A stretch of 35,896 nt of DNA from Chiloscyllium plagiosum. Lineage: Eukaryota. The stretch covers positions 6,237,914 to 6,273,809 of the forward strand of contig NC_057757.1 in assembly GCF_004010195.1 (NCBI RefSeq), given 5' to 3'. The position numbers were made by a program, and so were the translations under genes. Positions within the stretch are counted from its first letter, which is position 1; every line of letters begins with the position of its first letter. The notes under the pieces were generated by a model that saw only the letters and a list, made by a program, of their open reading frames with translations, was not told where the DNA came from and did not search any database. Positions 33,403 to 35,896 of the stretch are shown here, piece after piece.

Positions 33403-33535
33403 CTTACCTGACTTGGGGTCAAAGTTCATTTCTGACCGTGATGCTAAGAACACCTCGGGTGCTTTAAGCTGAGAGACCCAGTGGTGAACCCCTTTTCTGT
33501 TAAACTGTGGTCACCCTTCCTGTCTTGGCTTGTAG

Positions 33536-33652
33536 GTCCTGGAGGAGCCCACCGCTGAGGAGACAGCCCTGCACGACCAGATCATGCCCACTGTTGTACA
33601 TCCCCCACGGCAGACTACCTCTGCGACACCCAGCTGTGGGGATGCCGACATG
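33536..33652 (+). CDS. ATP13A3: ATP13A3-like coding exon 14 (VLEEPTAEETALHDQIMPTVVHPP...DADM)
   Basis: ttgtag acceptor and gtaggt donor; 117 nt. Resembles ATP13A3 [24 protein letters not shown]. Confidence 0.93.
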
Positions 33653-33759
33653 GTAGGTGGAGACCGGCTGGCCGGGAGTGTGGTGAGAGCACCCGCGGAA
33701 CGTGGAGCAGTGCCATGCTTGGGAATGGGAATGTGTTGCAAGAACTGCTAACCTTTGCT

Positions 33760-34370
33760 TCATTGATGGGAATTGGGCATCGCTGACCAGATCTGCATGT
33801 CTTGCTCATACCTCATCGACGTGGAGAGGTTGGCGGTGAACCACTGTAGTCTGTGTGGTGTAGGGATACCTGCAGGTGGGGTCTGGGGATTTTGGCCCAG
33901 AGACAGGGAAGCAACAAAGGAACTGCTCAAAGTCACAGAGTGGAGTTGCGGGATTTCTTTTAATTCTTCACAAGATGACAGTGTCACTGGCAGTTAAGAG
34001 TCAACCACATTGCTGTGGGTCTGGATTCACATGTAGGCCAGACCGGGTAAGGACGGCAGATTCTTTCCCTGAAGCACATCAGTGACCCAGATGGGTTTTT
34101 CCAACAATCACCAATGGATTCACGGTCATCATTAGACTCTTAATTCCAGATTTTACCGAGTTCAAATTCCACCATCTGCCATGGGATTTGAACCTGGGTC
34201 CCCAGAACATTACCTGGGTCTCTGGATTAACACTCCCGTGGTAATACCACTAGGCCATCGCGTCCCATTGTTCCCACGCGTCTGCTGCCCTTGTCCTTCG
34301 AGATGGCAGAGGTCATGTGTTTGGAAGGTGCTGGCGAGGAAGCCTGGATGAGTTGTCGCAGTGCATTGTT
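33760..34370 (-). mobile_element. LINE 3' fragment (same family as 4770-5920) interrupted by a SINE
   Basis: ctgctgcccttgtccttcgagatggcagaggtcatgtgtttggaaggtgctg matches 4935-4980. Confidence 0.55.
33989..34266 (-). mobile_element. tRNA-derived SINE (second family) with an intact head
   Basis: Minus strand reads gggacgcgatggcctagtggtattacc...ttaatccagagacccaggtaatgttctggggacccaggttcaaatccc. Confidence 0.88.
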
Positions 34371-35065
34371 TAGACTCCCCCCCACCCACCCCACCCCACC
34401 CCAGGGAGCGACATGTCTGCCAGGTCATTCAGCTGTTCTTCCAAGCGCTTACTGACCTTGGCTAAGTTGACGTGGTAGGTTAATTAAAACGGGAGAAGTC
34501 CTGACAGCTGAGGCAAGAAAATTTATTGGTCTCATTAAATCAACGGGCAGTGCTAGCAACTTATACATCAGTGGGTTAACCTCGAGGATAATGCTTTACA
34601 ACACTGACCGATCCGGCCTGCATGGGAGACATGTACTGGAGCAGGTACAAAGAAAAATGTTCACGAGGGTAATGCAAAACCTAAAAGGTCATAGCAATCA
34701 AGAAAAAAAACTGAATAGTCTCTCTTAACCCACCCTCCCCCACTTTCTCCAGAACAGGAGAACCAACTAATACAAGTCCAATTCCAGTAAAGGGTTAACC
34801 CCACTTGGTGATTACTAAAACTCCTTCATCAGTGGGTCTGAGATCTACCTTTTTGTTTTACTTGGTTGGGGGGTGATATGTAGAAAGAAGAGAGTTATTG
34901 GTAAACGCAGTAGTGGTGTACTTAATTGAGGAGCGCCAAATAATTTCTGCATTATCAATTTCCTTCTGTTCGCTGCAGTCAGTGAGCAAGCCCACAGGGG
35001 CTTGGTTAATGTTCCCTTTCCCTGCTTCTATACTGAGATTTTGATTTCTCTCCCTTACTCTGCAG

Positions 35066-35083
35066 GAGCTACAGGAGCTGATG
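35066..35083 (+). CDS. ATP13A3: ATP13A3-like coding exon 15, an 18-nt microexon (ELQELM); the gene continues beyond the window
   Basis: Long pyrimidine tract plus tgcag acceptor and a perfect gtgagt donor; phase 0-0. Aligns to ELFELP, which follows ...NQEM in human ATP13A3 (from memory). Confidence 0.82.
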
Positions 35084-35745
35084 GTGAGTACAGCACTCTC
35101 CCGTTCCCTTCCTTCCACTCCGTCCGTTTCGACTGCGTTCTTTCTTTGACAACGGAAGGTTAAAGAGGTAAAAGTTGCGGCCGCACCAGAGTTCTGTAAT
35201 TTGGGCACGGCGACTGGTGGGGAGTATAGCCCGAGAGTCGCCGCGCCTTAGGCAGGGCCTCAGCCACTACAGGAATTAACCTGCACCGCCGGTGTAACTC
35301 CGCAGTATTATCCAGCCAACCGAGCATAGTGGAGCAGCTGGCGAAAGATTTGACGGGAGGTCGTGACTCGAAAACCGGTCTTAAGGAGCCGTCTTAAAGA
35401 AGAGGGAGGCAGAGCGTTGGAGGGAGGGATTGCCGAGGTGTGAGCCCTGTTTTGGTATCCCTTCCCTCGTTACCATTGGTAACGCCAGCCTTTGCTACCC
35501 ATCCCCAATTGCCCTCGAGTTAAAAACGGAGGACGCTGGAGAGATCTCAGAGAGCTGTTGGTCACTGACACTGGGAGGGTGAGGGCCTTGATAAGGTTTC
35601 TATGAACCTACCCGCAGTTTGCCATCACCCACGCTGCCGATGTGCCCTCGCCCCCTCCTCCTAAAAACAAACCAGTCTGGGTGAGGTGGGAGGTATCCCA
35701 GGAGTGAGTTCTGGGACCCAGATGACCAGCAATGGGGATGGTACA

Positions 35746-35896
35746 GGAACATAGAAGAATACAGCGCAGTACAGGCCCTTTGGCCCTCGATGTTGCGCCG
35801 ATCCAAGCCCACCTAACCTACACTAGCCCACTATCCTCCATATGCCTATCCAATGCCCGCTTAAATGCCCATAAAGAGGGAGTGTCCACCACTGCT
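35746..35896 (-). mobile_element. CR1 LINE 3' end (young), running off the window
   Basis: gaacatagaagaatacagcgcagtacaggccctttggccctcgatgttgcgccg...cctatccaatgcccgcttaaatg; CpGs are intact. Confidence 0.8.

Overview
Vertebrate genomic DNA, most likely a shark (inferred from HE1-type V-SINEs, CR1/HER1-like LINEs and DeuSINE remnants). The window holds the 5' ~620 codons of a + strand P5B-type ATPase gene (ATP13A3 or a close paralogue). Fifteen coding exons from 11649 to 35083 splice through GT-AG introns into one stop-free frame carrying the TGES, PPALP, DKTGT and GDPLD motifs, and include an 18-nt microexon. The gene runs off the right edge, and two candidate non-coding 5' exons lie upstream. 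Introns are filled with SINEs, CR1, RTE and Penelope-like element (PLE) pieces and three minisatellites. The most notable observations: (1) small TSD-flanked palindromic PLE-derived elements with hammerhead-ribozyme cores, including a fully intact minimal core on the sense strand (25022-25061); (2) a 50-bp minisatellite that has amplified an exon end and its splice donor about 13 times; (3) a 33-bp minisatellite carrying 27 perfect TCAAGGTCA (ERR/NR5A) sites; (4) an apparent intron loss; (5) a degenerate ~200-bp-period array of tRNA-like units. Comparisons with human genes and repeat consensus sequences are from memory and need database confirmation.
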